Assembly: GCA_050014195.1 (NCBI GenBank)
Contig: JBEKDT010000001.1
Coordinates: 256,001 to 320,000 of the forward strand
Length of the DNA stretch: 64,000 nt
Source of the DNA: Desulfomonilia bacterium
GTDB lineage: Bacteria; Desulfobacterota; Desulfomonilia; UBA1062
Direction: 5' to 3'
Within the stretch, counting starts at the first letter, position 1; every line of letters begins with the position of its first letter. The position numbers and the translations under genes are program-made. Below are positions 10,947 to 20,561 of the stretch, piece by piece. The notes below the pieces were generated by a model, which made no database searches, was not told where the DNA came from, and saw only the letters and a program-made list of their open reading frames with translations.

Positions 10947-11914
10947 TGAGTTTTGTTGACAGGCTAAACAGCGATATACAGTACTATGGGACACTCGCCA
11001 TGATCCGGCTTATCCGTGCCATGCCGTACCATGCTGCCATAGCCCTCGGCAGGTCCATCATGCTCCTCGTCTGGATCTTCATGCCGCTGCGGAGAAAGAT
11101 CGTGAAGATCCAGATGAGCTCCGCCCTCGGGCTGGATAACCCGTGGCGTCTTGGATTGAAGGTGTTTATGAACCAGGGGGAGATCATGGTGGATGCGATA
11201 AAGTATGTATACATGAGTGATGAGGAGATCAAGGCCAGGATCATAGTGGAGGGGAAAGAATATCTGGATGAGGCGCTGGCAAGCGGACGGGGGCTCATGA
11301 TGTTCACGGGCCACATCGGGAACTGGGAGGTTCTCTCCAATGCCCCGAGGCTGCTTGGCACCCAGTTCTGCCACATGGCCGTCATACGCAAGGATGCCAG
11401 GCTCGAATCCATCATAACTGAGATGCGCACCCGCTCGGGTGTCACCATCCTGCCGCCGAAAGGTAAGGGCCTCATGCTCATAAAACAACTCAGGAAGGGC
11501 AGGACCATCAGCCTGATAGTGGACCAGCGGGGCAAAAGCAGAGACGGGCTGCTCTGTGATTTCTTCGGCTTGCCTGCCGTCACCAATCCGGGGCCGGCGT
11601 TCCTTGCTCTCAAGGGTAATGCCCTGGTGCTGCCGGCATATACAGTCAAACTGGGTGGCGTCCATCGGATCTGCATAACAAAGGCCGTGGATGCTTCTGC
11701 CTTCGGGGAGGGGGATGAAGCGATACAGCGCTTAAGTGACTTCATGCAGTCCTTTATAGCATCGGTGGTGGAGCAATACCCGGACCAGTGGTTCTGGCTG
11801 CACAGCAGGTGGATACGGCGCAAGGACTTTCAAAATATCAAGACCGATAAGGACTTCAGGGACATGGTATTTGCCGAGGCAGAGCGAATACGATCAAAAA
11901 AGAAGAGAGCATGA
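10943..11914 (+). CDS. lpxL: Lipid A late acyltransferase, LpxL/HtrB family (copy 1)
   Basis: GHIGNWE, VDQ, FFG, PDQWFWLHSRW. Confidence 0.8.
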   Translation: MMSFVDRLNSDIQYYGTLAMIRLIRAMPYHAAIALGRSIMLLVWIFMPLRRKIVKIQMSSALGLDNPWRLGLKVFMNQGEIMVDAIKYVYMSDEEIKARIIVEGKEYLDEALASGRGLMMFTGHIGNWEVLSNAPRLLGTQFCHMAVIRKDARLESIITEMRTRSGVTILPPKGKGLMLIKQLRKGRTISLIVDQRGKSRDGLLCDFFGLPAVTNPGPAFLALKGNALVLPAYTVKLGGVHRICITKAVDASAFGEGDEAIQRLSDFMQSFIASVVEQYPDQWFWLHSRWIRRKDFQNIKTDKDFRDMVFAEAERIRSKKKRA

Positions 11915-12864
11915 AGCCGCTTAGGTCCATACTCCAAGAGATCAGGTACCGGGCATCGCTCCTTGTCCTTGCCCTTGTCAGGTTCCTGCCATATGTCCTC
12001 ATCATAACCCTGTTCCGTTTTTTTGCCGTCCTCGCCTTTTTTTTAGACCCGTTCCACCGGAAGGTGGCGGGCATCCAGATGCGCTCTGCACTGGGGTTTG
12101 CACATGTCCGGCTCCTGGTGCTGAAGGTGTTTATGAACCAGGCGGAGATCCTGGTGGATACCGTGCGGTATGCATACATGAGCGATGAAGAGATCAGAAA
12201 CAAGGTGAAGGTCGAGGGGAAGCAACATCTCGATACCGCCTTGTCAAGCGGCAGGGGTATCATGATGATCACGGGCCACATCGGCAACTGGGAGATCATC
12301 TCGCACATACCCCGGGTGCTTGGCATTCAGTTCTGCGTCATGGCGGATGTCCGCAAGGACAAGCGGCTCGAATCCATCGTAGATCGCATACGATCCCGTT
12401 CTGGTGCTACCATCCTGCCGCCCAAGGGTAAGGCGCTCATGCTTATCAAGGAGTTGAAAAAGGGCCATACCATCGGCATGGTAGTTGACAACCGGAGTGA
12501 GAAGAAAGACGGTCTGCTGTGCAATGTCTTTGGCATGCCGGCACCGACGAACCCCGCACCCGCCTTTATTGCCATCAAAGGCAATGCGCTGGTATTGCCT
12601 GTATATGCGATAAAGCAGAGAGGCAGCTATATCATCCGCTTTTCAAAGGCCCTTGATGCAGGCACGTTCGGCATTGGAGAGACGGCAATGCGGCATCTGA
12701 GCGACTTCATGCAGTCATGGGTGTCATCAGTGGTCAAGGAACATCCCCACCAGTGGTTCTGGCTCTACAGCAGATGGGTCAAACGATCGGACATGAGAAG
12801 GATTATAAAGAAGGGTTTGGATTTCAGAGAGTATGTCCTCAGGCAAGCGGAAATAAATTTGTAG
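11911..12864 (+). CDS. lpxL: Lipid A late acyltransferase, LpxL/HtrB family (copy 2)
   Basis: GHIGNWE, TILPPKGK, PHQWFWLYSRW; clear paralog of the upstream gene. Confidence 0.78.
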   Translation: MKPLRSILQEIRYRASLLVLALVRFLPYVLIITLFRFFAVLAFFLDPFHRKVAGIQMRSALGFAHVRLLVLKVFMNQAEILVDTVRYAYMSDEEIRNKVKVEGKQHLDTALSSGRGIMMITGHIGNWEIISHIPRVLGIQFCVMADVRKDKRLESIVDRIRSRSGATILPPKGKALMLIKELKKGHTIGMVVDNRSEKKDGLLCNVFGMPAPTNPAPAFIAIKGNALVLPVYAIKQRGSYIIRFSKALDAGTFGIGETAMRHLSDFMQSWVSSVVKEHPHQWFWLYSRWVKRSDMRRIIKKGLDFREYVLRQAEINL

Positions 12865-12997
12865 GAGCGCCTTTAGGCGCGACAAGCAAGGTACGATCAT
12901 GCTTTCTGCCCGGCCAAGCCATACGATTTTACCCGCGGCAGCAAGCATTTCAGTCATCGAGATTCAGGATAGGTCGCGGCTGAAGCCGCTCCTACAA
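12859..12997. repeat. Inverted pair of GTAG-type REP-like palindromes
   Basis: TTGTAGGAGCGCCTTTAGGCGCGAC (12859-12883) and, on the minus strand, TTGTAGGAGCGGCTTCAGCCGCGAC (12997-12973); each has its own hairpin with compensatory changes. Confidence 0.75.
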
Positions 12998-13066
12998 GGG
13001 TACATACTGAGTCTTGACTTTCCATGGGTCTCACCAGTATACCTAATAGGCTCTCAAGAGGACTAA

Positions 13067-13141
13067 GGCGGCATAGCCAAGTGGTAAGGCGACGGTCTGC
13101 AAAACCGTTATTCACCGGTTCAAATCCGGTTGCCGCCTCCA
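13067..13141 (+). tRNA. tRNA-Cys(GCA)
   Basis: Acceptor stem GGCGGCA/TGCCGCC, D arm with GGTAA, anticodon arm ACGGT-CTGCAAA-ACCGT (GCA at 13099-13101), T arm GGTTCAAATCC, encoded CCA end. Confidence 0.97.
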
Positions 13142-13210
13142 GTTTTAAACCTGCTTCAGCCATCGTTTTCAAGGGATCAGATGTTTCTCAGAATTCGCTC
13201 GTTTATTGAC

Positions 13211-13241
13211 TTACTAGAGAATTACTAGAGAATATTAGAAA
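13211..13241. repeat. Tandem 11-bp direct repeats, possible integrase arm-type sites
   Basis: TTACTAGAGAA twice (13211-13232) plus degenerate TATTAGAAA, about 70 bp from the tRNA 3' end. Confidence 0.55.
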
Positions 13242-13554
13242 TAAACGCAGATCTTGATTGTAAGTTGGAGCATAAAACGAACTGGGTATTTGAGACTGCA
13301 AACCTTCATTGGGCCTACAGACTCGTACAGTTATCTCTATAGAGTCTTGTCCTAGTAATAATCATGAGATATCAGTTCGTATAATCGAGAGAAGCCTATA
13401 TGTAATAATACTATTTAACTTATGATCAATTATCGGCGATTTATCATTACATAATTTTCTGAGTAAAAAAGTAGAGATATAAAAGCTGCTGTGCTTTTTG
13501 CGCAGAAATATCTAGAGACCTAGAGAGACATTTCTCATCAATGATTACTGTATA

Positions 13555-14715
13555 TTATACAGATATTTCTTTAAGTTTAGCCAAGTATAATATTCCCTCA
13601 TTTAATGTATTAAATGTGACATCGGCGCATGCATGGATCATTGCTAAATACTTTGATATCTCATCATTTGATTTAGATTTCTCATCTACAAAAATAATAT
13701 GTTTTCCAAGTGCCTTCGCATATCCTATTTCCAAAGCTAAAGCATAACCCCCCGGATTATTTTTTTCTAAGTAAGCAAAAATGAGATCAGATTTCCGAAT
13801 AGCTTGAAGATCCCAATTTGTATACTGAAGAGTCTCTGATAATTGATGGTTGCGAGGATCAAGAAAACTTAATGAAGGATTTAATTTTATAACATCACTT
13901 TGCCAATTTGATGTAAATCCCCCAGCTAAATATATAACCATATTTTTATTCTCTTTAGGAGCTTCGTTACGAAGGCTATCCACTGCCATGCTGAAAGGAA
14001 TAGTTAATGCCCGCTTGTTAAATTCATATCTTCTGTCTAGAAATATTATAAAAAGAAACAACATAAACCATGCATACATTGTACTGTAGTTTATTGATAA
14101 AATGCTATCGTTGCCAAATATACTAGTTAGCCACCATACCAACAATAGTATGATTATTACAGTAGCAATACCTTGACTTAGTAATGAAAGGAACATGAAA
14201 CGATAAGTTAAATCTCTATCTATCCCAGGAATACTCATTGCGACATTTCGTAAAGAATGTAATTTACTGATTGAGTTACTAAAGTTCATGTTTTTTGTTA
14301 GTTCTAATGGCATTCTCTCAATAAAATATTTAACAGAAGGATCATCAACAAATTCATTAGACCATACTTCTTCTGGCACTAAGGAAGAAGGGAGTACCTT
14401 ATAGATATCAGGAAGAAACTTGAACTTGCATAATAAGAATTTGTTTAGCTTTATAATATACTTTAAAATAAAATTTATAGGCCGGATTACCAGCCAATTA
14501 CCGAAGCTAGTAATACCATTACCTAATACATATGCTAAAATTATAAAAAACCATATTTTTGCTGCCTCTCCGAGGCCACAAGTAATTATTAAATGTTGAA
14601 ACATTTTGGGGAGTAGAATCCCAATACCAAGCAAAAGAATTGCTCCAGGAATTATTGAGCCAATAATATCGTTAAAAAATCTTAAAGAGATCGTTAAAAC
14701 ATCTTCTGATTTCAT
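13555..14715 (-). CDS. Multi-TM protein fused to a C-terminal nucleoside 2-deoxyribosyltransferase-like (NDT) domain
   Basis: About four hydrophobic helices, then IYLAGGF...FLDPRNH...WDLQAIRKSDLIFAY...ALEIGYAKALGKHIIFV; RBS AGGAGG; very AT-rich. Confidence 0.8.
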   Translation of the reverse strand: MKSEDVLTISLRFFNDIIGSIIPGAILLLGIGILLPKMFQHLIITCGLGEAAKIWFFIILAYVLGNGITSFGNWLVIRPINFILKYIIKLNKFLLCKFKFLPDIYKVLPSSLVPEEVWSNEFVDDPSVKYFIERMPLELTKNMNFSNSISKLHSLRNVAMSIPGIDRDLTYRFMFLSLLSQGIATVIIILLLVWWLTSIFGNDSILSINYSTMYAWFMLFLFIIFLDRRYEFNKRALTIPFSMAVDSLRNEAPKENKNMVIYLAGGFTSNWQSDVIKLNPSLSFLDPRNHQLSETLQYTNWDLQAIRKSDLIFAYLEKNNPGGYALALEIGYAKALGKHIIFVDEKSKSNDEISKYLAMIHACADVTFNTLNEGILYLAKLKEISV

Positions 14716-14880
14716 CGGATCATACCTCCTAATAAAATCAAGCGATTATTTTTCCTAAAAATTCAGTTTGCGGGGATGCAATTAAATGCGAAAACTTCAA
14801 CTAACCAATCTAACTCAAGTTTAATTAAATAGCTTTCAATATGCTTCATATATCTAGTATGAATTGCACTGTATTCCATA

Positions 14881-16098
14881 TTATAATCCCCTACCTGTCT
14901 TACAAGGCTTAATTTTGTTCATAACTTCATGCAAAGCATCAATTGATTCGTGTATATCTATACCTGAAGTGAATCGTCCAATACTAAACCGTATCGAGGC
15001 CCTCGCATCAGTATCAGAAAGTCCTATTGCGCGTAACACATGTGAGGGTTCTGGAATACCTGACGTACAGGCAGCACCGGTTGAGGCGGCTACAAAAGGC
15101 TGAAGTGCCCCAATAAGTTCATGCGCATCTAAGCTTCTGAAACATATATTTGCGTTGCCCGGATGCCTGAGGTCACCGCTTGCGCCGTTAATATGGATGT
15201 TTGTGGTAATGAGGTTAAGTTGTTCAATGAATTGGTCACGCAATGCACGGATCTTTATGCGTTCCATAACCGCGTCTGCTGATGTGACGAGTTCTATCGC
15301 CGCACCAAATCCAACACAAAGAGGAACAGGAAGAGTTCCGGCTCGGAGACCATTCTGTTGACCTCCACCATAGATAAGAGGTTTGACCAATCGCTGAACA
15401 TCGCGTCTAATAAATAGAGCACCAATGCCTTTCGGCCCATAAAGTTTGTGAGCAGATAGGCTAAGAAAATCGACATCGAGCTCATTAACATCTAGCGGCA
15501 TTGCCGTGAGGGCTTGTACAGCATCTGTATGTATTAGTGCTCCAACATTTCGGCAAAGTGATGTTACATCTTTCACGGGCTGAATAGTTCCGATCTCGTT
15601 ATTTACAGTCATTACTGAGACAAGTAATACATCAGTGGCTAAACGTTCTTCTAATATATCAAGTCGAATGATGCCATTATGATCAACAGGCAATTGTTCA
15701 ATAACAAGATCAAACTGTTCACTAGCTGCATAAGCAGCTGCAAAGACAGATTTGTGCTCTATTGAGCTGACAAGGATTCGACGACGGTCTGCACTTGCAT
15801 ATCCCGCAGCACCTATGATTGCTAAATTATTCCCCTCTGTGGCCCCTGATGTAAAAATGATCTCATCAGGATCTGCAACGATAGCAGATGCAATTTTTTG
15901 GGTTGCTTCATCTATTGCAGCATTTGCCTCCCAACCAAAGGCATGGTCAGAAGAATGTGGGTTACCGGGATGATCAAAAAAGAAAGGCTTCATGGCTTCA
16001 ATCACCCGTTGATCAACGGGCGTCGAAGCCTGATAGTCCATGTATATTCGATTCTTTATCAATTTACACATCTTATCAAATTTAGGGCACTCGCTCAT
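14881..16098 (-). CDS. sspA: Cysteine desulfurase (DndA/SspA/IscS family)
   Basis: YMDYQASTP, FTSGATE, EHKSV, VNNEIG, HTDAVQ, SAHKLYGPKG (PLP Lys), STGAACTSG (catalytic Cys); divergent from sspBCD; start likely 16098 or 16071. Confidence 0.88.
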   Translation of the reverse strand: MSECPKFDKMCKLIKNRIYMDYQASTPVDQRVIEAMKPFFFDHPGNPHSSDHAFGWEANAAIDEATQKIASAIVADPDEIIFTSGATEGNNLAIIGAAGYASADRRRILVSSIEHKSVFAAAYAASEQFDLVIEQLPVDHNGIIRLDILEERLATDVLLVSVMTVNNEIGTIQPVKDVTSLCRNVGALIHTDAVQALTAMPLDVNELDVDFLSLSAHKLYGPKGIGALFIRRDVQRLVKPLIYGGGQQNGLRAGTLPVPLCVGFGAAIELVTSADAVMERIKIRALRDQFIEQLNLITTNIHINGASGDLRHPGNANICFRSLDAHELIGALQPFVAASTGAACTSGIPEPSHVLRAIGLSDTDARASIRFSIGRFTSGIDIHESIDALHEVMNKIKPCKTGRGL

Positions 16099-16113
16099 TT
16101 CACTTATTAAGAA

Positions 16114-16186
16114 CTGGAGATAGCCTCCAGGTTCCTTGACAATACTCAAGGCATTATGTATTGTCAACCTGGATGAAACCTCCAGG
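16114..16186. promoter_or_regulatory. Symmetric bidirectional sigma70-type promoter with two flanking CTGGA-N7-TCCAG palindromes
   Basis: Plus strand TTGACA(16136)-17 nt-TATTGT(16159); minus strand TTGACA(16167)-17 nt-TATTGT(16144); palindromes at 16114-16130 and 16169-16185. Confidence 0.72.
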
Positions 16187-16195
16187 AAAGAACTT

Positions 16196-17167
16196 ATGGT
16201 AAGAGGCCCTCTTTATCAAGCCGAGAGCAAGCCCCTTTTTTCAGGACATGAAACCTTTCCTCTCCGGTATGGTTGGTTAAAAAAAGTATATGATACTATT
16301 TCAAAAAATTCTAACGACCCTGACAACAAACATATTTTCCTAAAAGACGACGCAATAGCCCGTTTTGGTGTTGGAAAAAACATGGTAGCATCAATGCGAC
16401 ATTGGGCGATGTGTTGTGGAGTGATTACTGAAGACGAACCGACGGGGCATCTTATCCCAACAGCATTTGGTGATTTTCTCTTCGGCCCAAGAGGAAATGA
16501 TCCATATTTAGAGAATCTTGCTTCTATCTGGCATCTTCATTGGTACCTTTGCTCCTGCGATAATAGCCGGCCGCTTAAAACAACATGGTTTTGGGTCTTC
16601 AATCATTTTAATGAAGTTAATTTCAAAAGGGATGATCTTGTCGAAGGACTAATGAAACTTGCCAAGGCTCGCAATTGGCAACGTGTTTCAAGGACAACAG
16701 TTCAACGAGATGTTGAATGTCTTGTTAGAATGTATGAGACACGAACGTCAAACAACATTGGGACAGTTGAGGACAACTTAGAATCTCCTATGGCAGAGCT
16801 TGGTCTCATTCGTGGTATTAAAGGTTATTTTCACCTTGTCCGTGGTCCCAAACCAACACTTCCTAATGGCATTTTTACTATGGCCCTGGACTCCTTTTGG
16901 AACCATATTGGTACTTCACACTCCATCTCTTTCGAAATGATCGCTCATGAGCCTGGATCACCCGGACGAATATTCCTTCTTGATGAATCAGACATAATAG
17001 ACCGTTTACTTGTTCTTGAAAATTTAACGCAGGGTACTCTTAGATGGTCGGAGACAGCAGGATTGAAGCAAGTTCTTCGAGATCATCCTCTTGGTGAAAA
17101 AGACCGACAAACACTATTGGTTAATGATTATCGGGAATCGCACCATCGGAAGGAGGCGTTCCGATGA
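16196..17167 (+). CDS. sspB: DUF4007 family protein (SspB-like)
   Basis: FSGHETFPLRYGWLKK, FGVGKNMVASMRHW, DPYLE, ESPMAELGLI, WSETAGLKQV; start moved to ATG 16196, downstream of promoter and RBS. Confidence 0.85.
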   Translation: MVRGPLYQAESKPLFSGHETFPLRYGWLKKVYDTISKNSNDPDNKHIFLKDDAIARFGVGKNMVASMRHWAMCCGVITEDEPTGHLIPTAFGDFLFGPRGNDPYLENLASIWHLHWYLCSCDNSRPLKTTWFWVFNHFNEVNFKRDDLVEGLMKLAKARNWQRVSRTTVQRDVECLVRMYETRTSNNIGTVEDNLESPMAELGLIRGIKGYFHLVRGPKPTLPNGIFTMALDSFWNHIGTSHSISFEMIAHEPGSPGRIFLLDESDIIDRLLVLENLTQGTLRWSETAGLKQVLRDHPLGEKDRQTLLVNDYRESHHRKEAFR

Positions 17168-20100
17168 GCCTTTCTGATCTTGTTCACGTTGCTAGCCGGT
17201 TTCAACGCTCAATCCGCATAGATACGGATCTTCATGATTCGAAGATACTTGAAGGATTTGTTTGTCCAAGATCATCAGCATATGTGCTCCTTACAATGGC
17301 CCAGCACATTGTGGATACAGGCCACACGGCATTCACATGGACCGGTCCATACGGTAGTGGCAAATCAAGCCTAGTTGTTGCTTTAAGCGCACTTCTTAAT
17401 GGTAATTCCACACTACAAAACCAAGCTGTGGCTATTGTTGGAAAAAACATTACAGACACTCTATGGAAAGCCTTACCTCTTAAAAAGAAAGGGTGGCGTA
17501 TACTTCCTGTTGTTGGTCAACGTTCCGTTCCAGCAGAAGTTATTGGTAAAGCACTTATTACAAATGGCTTTATTAAAAAGAAGGATGTAGGAACCTGGAC
17601 AGATGATCTCGTGATTTCTCTTCTGATCAAGCTAGCCAAAGAGCGTTCCAATATATATGGCGGATTAATTGTCTTCCTCGATGAAATGGGGAAGTTTCTT
17701 GAGGGGGCTGCTCAAGATGGTGTTGATATCTACTTTTTTCAACAACTTGCTGAAATAGCCGTTCGAAGTAAAGGCCGCCTTCTTGTTATTGGTGTTCTGC
17801 ATCAAGCTTTTGAGGAATATGCACAGCGATTAACTCGTGATCAACGTGATGAATGGGCAAAAGTCCAAGGTCGTTTTATTGATCTTATTGTTAATACTGC
17901 AGGTGAAGAACAATTAGATCTGCTTGCCCGAGCTATTCAGAGCGATTATTCAGCCAAGCATCTAACATCTTTATGCCAAACGGTTGCGAATGTAGTAAGA
18001 GCTGGCAGGCCAAGTGCTGCTATTGATATGGCAATCACTTTAGAGCGTTGTTGGCCCCTTCATCCAGTAGTAGCGTGCCTACTCGGACCTATCTCTCGCC
18101 GACGATTTGGGCAAAATCAACGCAGCTTGTTTGGTTTTCTGAACTCGGCTGAACCTTTCGGGTTCCAAGACTTCCTTCACAATGCCAACGAGAAAGATAT
18201 CTTTGGTCCGGATCACTTATGGGACTACCTCCGAGTTAATTTGGAGCCTGCAATCATGTCTTCCCCAGATAGCCACAGGTGGTCTATAGCAGTGGAGGCA
18301 ATCGAACGTTGTGAGACTATGGGAGCATCTATGGTCCACATCCAACTTCTGAAGACTATAGCTCTTTTAGATCTTTTCCGTGAGCGATCAGGGTTAAGTG
18401 CAACCTATGACTTGTTAACAGATTCTGTACTAGGAAAGGTCTCTAATACAGAAGTGATTGATATTCTCAAGCAACTTCAATCCTGGTCATTAATTATTTA
18501 TCGTAAACATCTTGGTGCATTTGCTATTCATGCTGGAAGCGATTTTGATCTCGATCACGCTTTAAAGGAAATGCTTGTCTCTTTTCAAGATGTGGATTTC
18601 CGAGAACTACGTGCATTAGCAGGATTACAGCCTATCTTAGCAAAACGACATTACCACGAAACGGGAGCTCTTCGATGGTTTGACGTTGACCTTGCACCCC
18701 TCACTGATGTGACGACACATATATCTATAGAATCCTCCTCCAACGGAGCTATTGGCCGCTTTCTGCTTGTTATACCAACTGCAAATGAATCAAAATCTAT
18801 GGCTTCTCAAATCTGTCAGGCTGTTGTCCATACATCGAGTGAGAATGTTGTAATTGGGTTATCTACTGCTTCCTGGCGAGTGATAGATTTAGCTCGAGAG
18901 TTTATTGCTATCACAAAAATTAGCGAAGAACGCCCTGAACTGAGCGGAGATCCAGTAGCACGACGTGAAGTATTCGCCCATATAGCCGATGTCAGATCAC
19001 GATTAGAAGCAGAACTCCAAAAGATGTTTGATACTGCAAATTGGTATCGCTCTGGTGTTGATCCAGTTCGATATAGCTATTCTGAGCTTAACACTTTGGC
19101 CTCAAACATAGCAGATACTATGTATAGTCAAGCTCCAAAGCTTCCCAATGAACTACTAAATCGAAAAAAACCCTCATCGAATGCTGTTGCTGCTCAGAAA
19201 GCATTACTGAAATTGATGGTACAGCATGAGGGCGAACCACGTCTCTCAATTCGAGGATTTCCTGCAGAGGGTGGTCTCTTAGAGTCCTTACTCTTAAAAA
19301 CAGATCTTTACCGGTTCCTTCCAAAACGAGGCTGGCAGTTTTTAACCCCGTCAAAAAGACACGATCCATGCGGGCTACTTCCTGCTTGGAAAGCTGTAAC
19401 CGAAATCTTGAAAAATAATTCCCACCGCACTGTCTCCTTGGCTGAAATTTTTACAATATGGCAACAACCACCTTATGGAATTAAGAATGGCCTCTTACCT
19501 ATTCTCGCTGTAGCATTTCTTCTTGCCCAACGAGATAAATTGGCCTTTTATCGTGATGGCATATTCCAAGCTCGTTTTACTGATCTAGATGTTGATTACT
19601 TAACTAATGATCCATCATCGATCCAGTTTCGATGGATGGATTTATCATTCCTTTCAAGAAAATTTCTTTCGGGTCTTGCTAAGATAGTATGCGAACTTGA
19701 TAATCAGAATAGCCTTGTTCATTTGGAACCAATCGATGTGGCACGTGGGCTCGTAGGTATTTTTGAGAATCTCAGACCATGGGTGAAGAGGACTAGTCGC
19801 CTCTCTGCAAGTGCTCTCCAAGTCCGTTCAATCTTTAAATCAGCTTCGGATCCGAACAAGTTCCTGTTCGATGATATACCGGGAATATTTGGAGAGATTG
19901 ATGCGAAAGAACCAGAACTTAATATAGAGCAAGTTATTAATTGTGTTCGAGAAGGTCTCTTTGAACTGATTCAGGCTTATTCTCATATGCTAGATAGGCT
20001 TCAACAAATGATGCTCATGGAACTTCAAGTCCCTAATACATCTCCCCAAGCATATGGTGAGCTGCGTGATCGCGCAGAAAACATTATTCAACTAACAGGG

Positions 20101-20559
20101 GATTTTCGACTAAATGCTTTTATAGGCCGATTGAGTCAGTTTAATGGTTCCGAAATGGACATTGAGGGAATTGCAAGTCTTGCAGCTAACAAACCCCCTC
20201 GAGACTGGGTCGATGCTGACCTTGATCAAGCGGGGATAGAAATTGCAGACTTAGCGCAAAGATTTATTCGAGCAGAAGCGTACGCCCGAGTGAAAGGGCG
20301 CCCAGATAAACGGCAAGCCATGGCAGTCGTTATCGGAATGGATGGGCGCCCAACGCCAGTAACAGGTGAGTTTACAATTACTGATACAGAGAGAGTTGCA
20401 GTTGATGATATAGTTGCAAAGGTCGAGCAAGCTCTTTCGAGCACAGATCAGCATGGAAGAAATATTATTCTTGCCGCACTTGCTGAGATGAGTGCCCGGT
20501 ATTTGAATGATGATATTGAGGGTCAAATATCAAAGATGGTAGCCAAGAAAGTAGGCTGA
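17164..20559 (+). CDS. sspC: Large P-loop ATPase (SspC-like)
   Basis: RFQRSIRID, Walker A GPYGSGKSS, Walker B FLDEMGKFLE, WPLHP, FGQNQRSLFGFL, PPYGIK; ATGA overlap with sspB. Confidence 0.82.
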   Translation: MSLSDLVHVASRFQRSIRIDTDLHDSKILEGFVCPRSSAYVLLTMAQHIVDTGHTAFTWTGPYGSGKSSLVVALSALLNGNSTLQNQAVAIVGKNITDTLWKALPLKKKGWRILPVVGQRSVPAEVIGKALITNGFIKKKDVGTWTDDLVISLLIKLAKERSNIYGGLIVFLDEMGKFLEGAAQDGVDIYFFQQLAEIAVRSKGRLLVIGVLHQAFEEYAQRLTRDQRDEWAKVQGRFIDLIVNTAGEEQLDLLARAIQSDYSAKHLTSLCQTVANVVRAGRPSAAIDMAITLERCWPLHPVVACLLGPISRRRFGQNQRSLFGFLNSAEPFGFQDFLHNANEKDIFGPDHLWDYLRVNLEPAIMSSPDSHRWSIAVEAIERCETMGASMVHIQLLKTIALLDLFRERSGLSATYDLLTDSVLGKVSNTEVIDILKQLQSWSLIIYRKHLGAFAIHAGSDFDLDHALKEMLVSFQDVDFRELRALAGLQPILAKRHYHETGALRWFDVDLAPLTDVTTHISIESSSNGAIGRFLLVIPTANESKSMASQICQAVVHTSSENVVIGLSTASWRVIDLAREFIAITKISEERPELSGDPVARREVFAHIADVRSRLEAELQKMFDTANWYRSGVDPVRYSYSELNTLASNIADTMYSQAPKLPNELLNRKKPSSNAVAAQKALLKLMVQHEGEPRLSIRGFPAEGGLLESLLLKTDLYRFLPKRGWQFLTPSKRHDPCGLLPAWKAVTEILKNNSHRTVSLAEIFTIWQQPPYGIKNGLLPILAVAFLLAQRDKLAFYRDGIFQARFTDLDVDYLTNDPSSIQFRWMDLSFLSRKFLSGLAKIVCELDNQNSLVHLEPIDVARGLVGIFENLRPWVKRTSRLSASALQVRSIFKSASDPNKFLFDDIPGIFGEIDAKEPELNIEQVINCVREGLFELIQAYSHMLDRLQQMMLMELQVPNTSPQAYGELRDRAENIIQLTGDFRLNAFIGRLSQFNGSEMDIEGIASLAANKPPRDWVDADLDQAGIEIADLAQRFIRAEAYARVKGRPDKRQAMAVVIGMDGRPTPVTGEFTITDTERVAVDDIVAKVEQALSSTDQHGRNIILAALAEMSARYLNDDIEGQISKMVAKKVG

Positions 20560-20561
20560 AA

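Noticed and set aside
10964-11823. 233-aa and 279-aa minus-strand ORFs
   Set aside because: Antisense shadows of the acyltransferase gene in GC-rich DNA.
12954-13209. Short ORFs on both strands over the tRNA
   Set aside because: They overlap tRNA-Cys and are translation artefacts.
16099-16195. Overlapping N-terminal extensions of the desulfurase (to 16167) and DUF4007 (from 16136) in the ORF track
   Set aside because: Both begin at the TTG of the two TTGACA boxes; the region is better explained as the divergent promoter.
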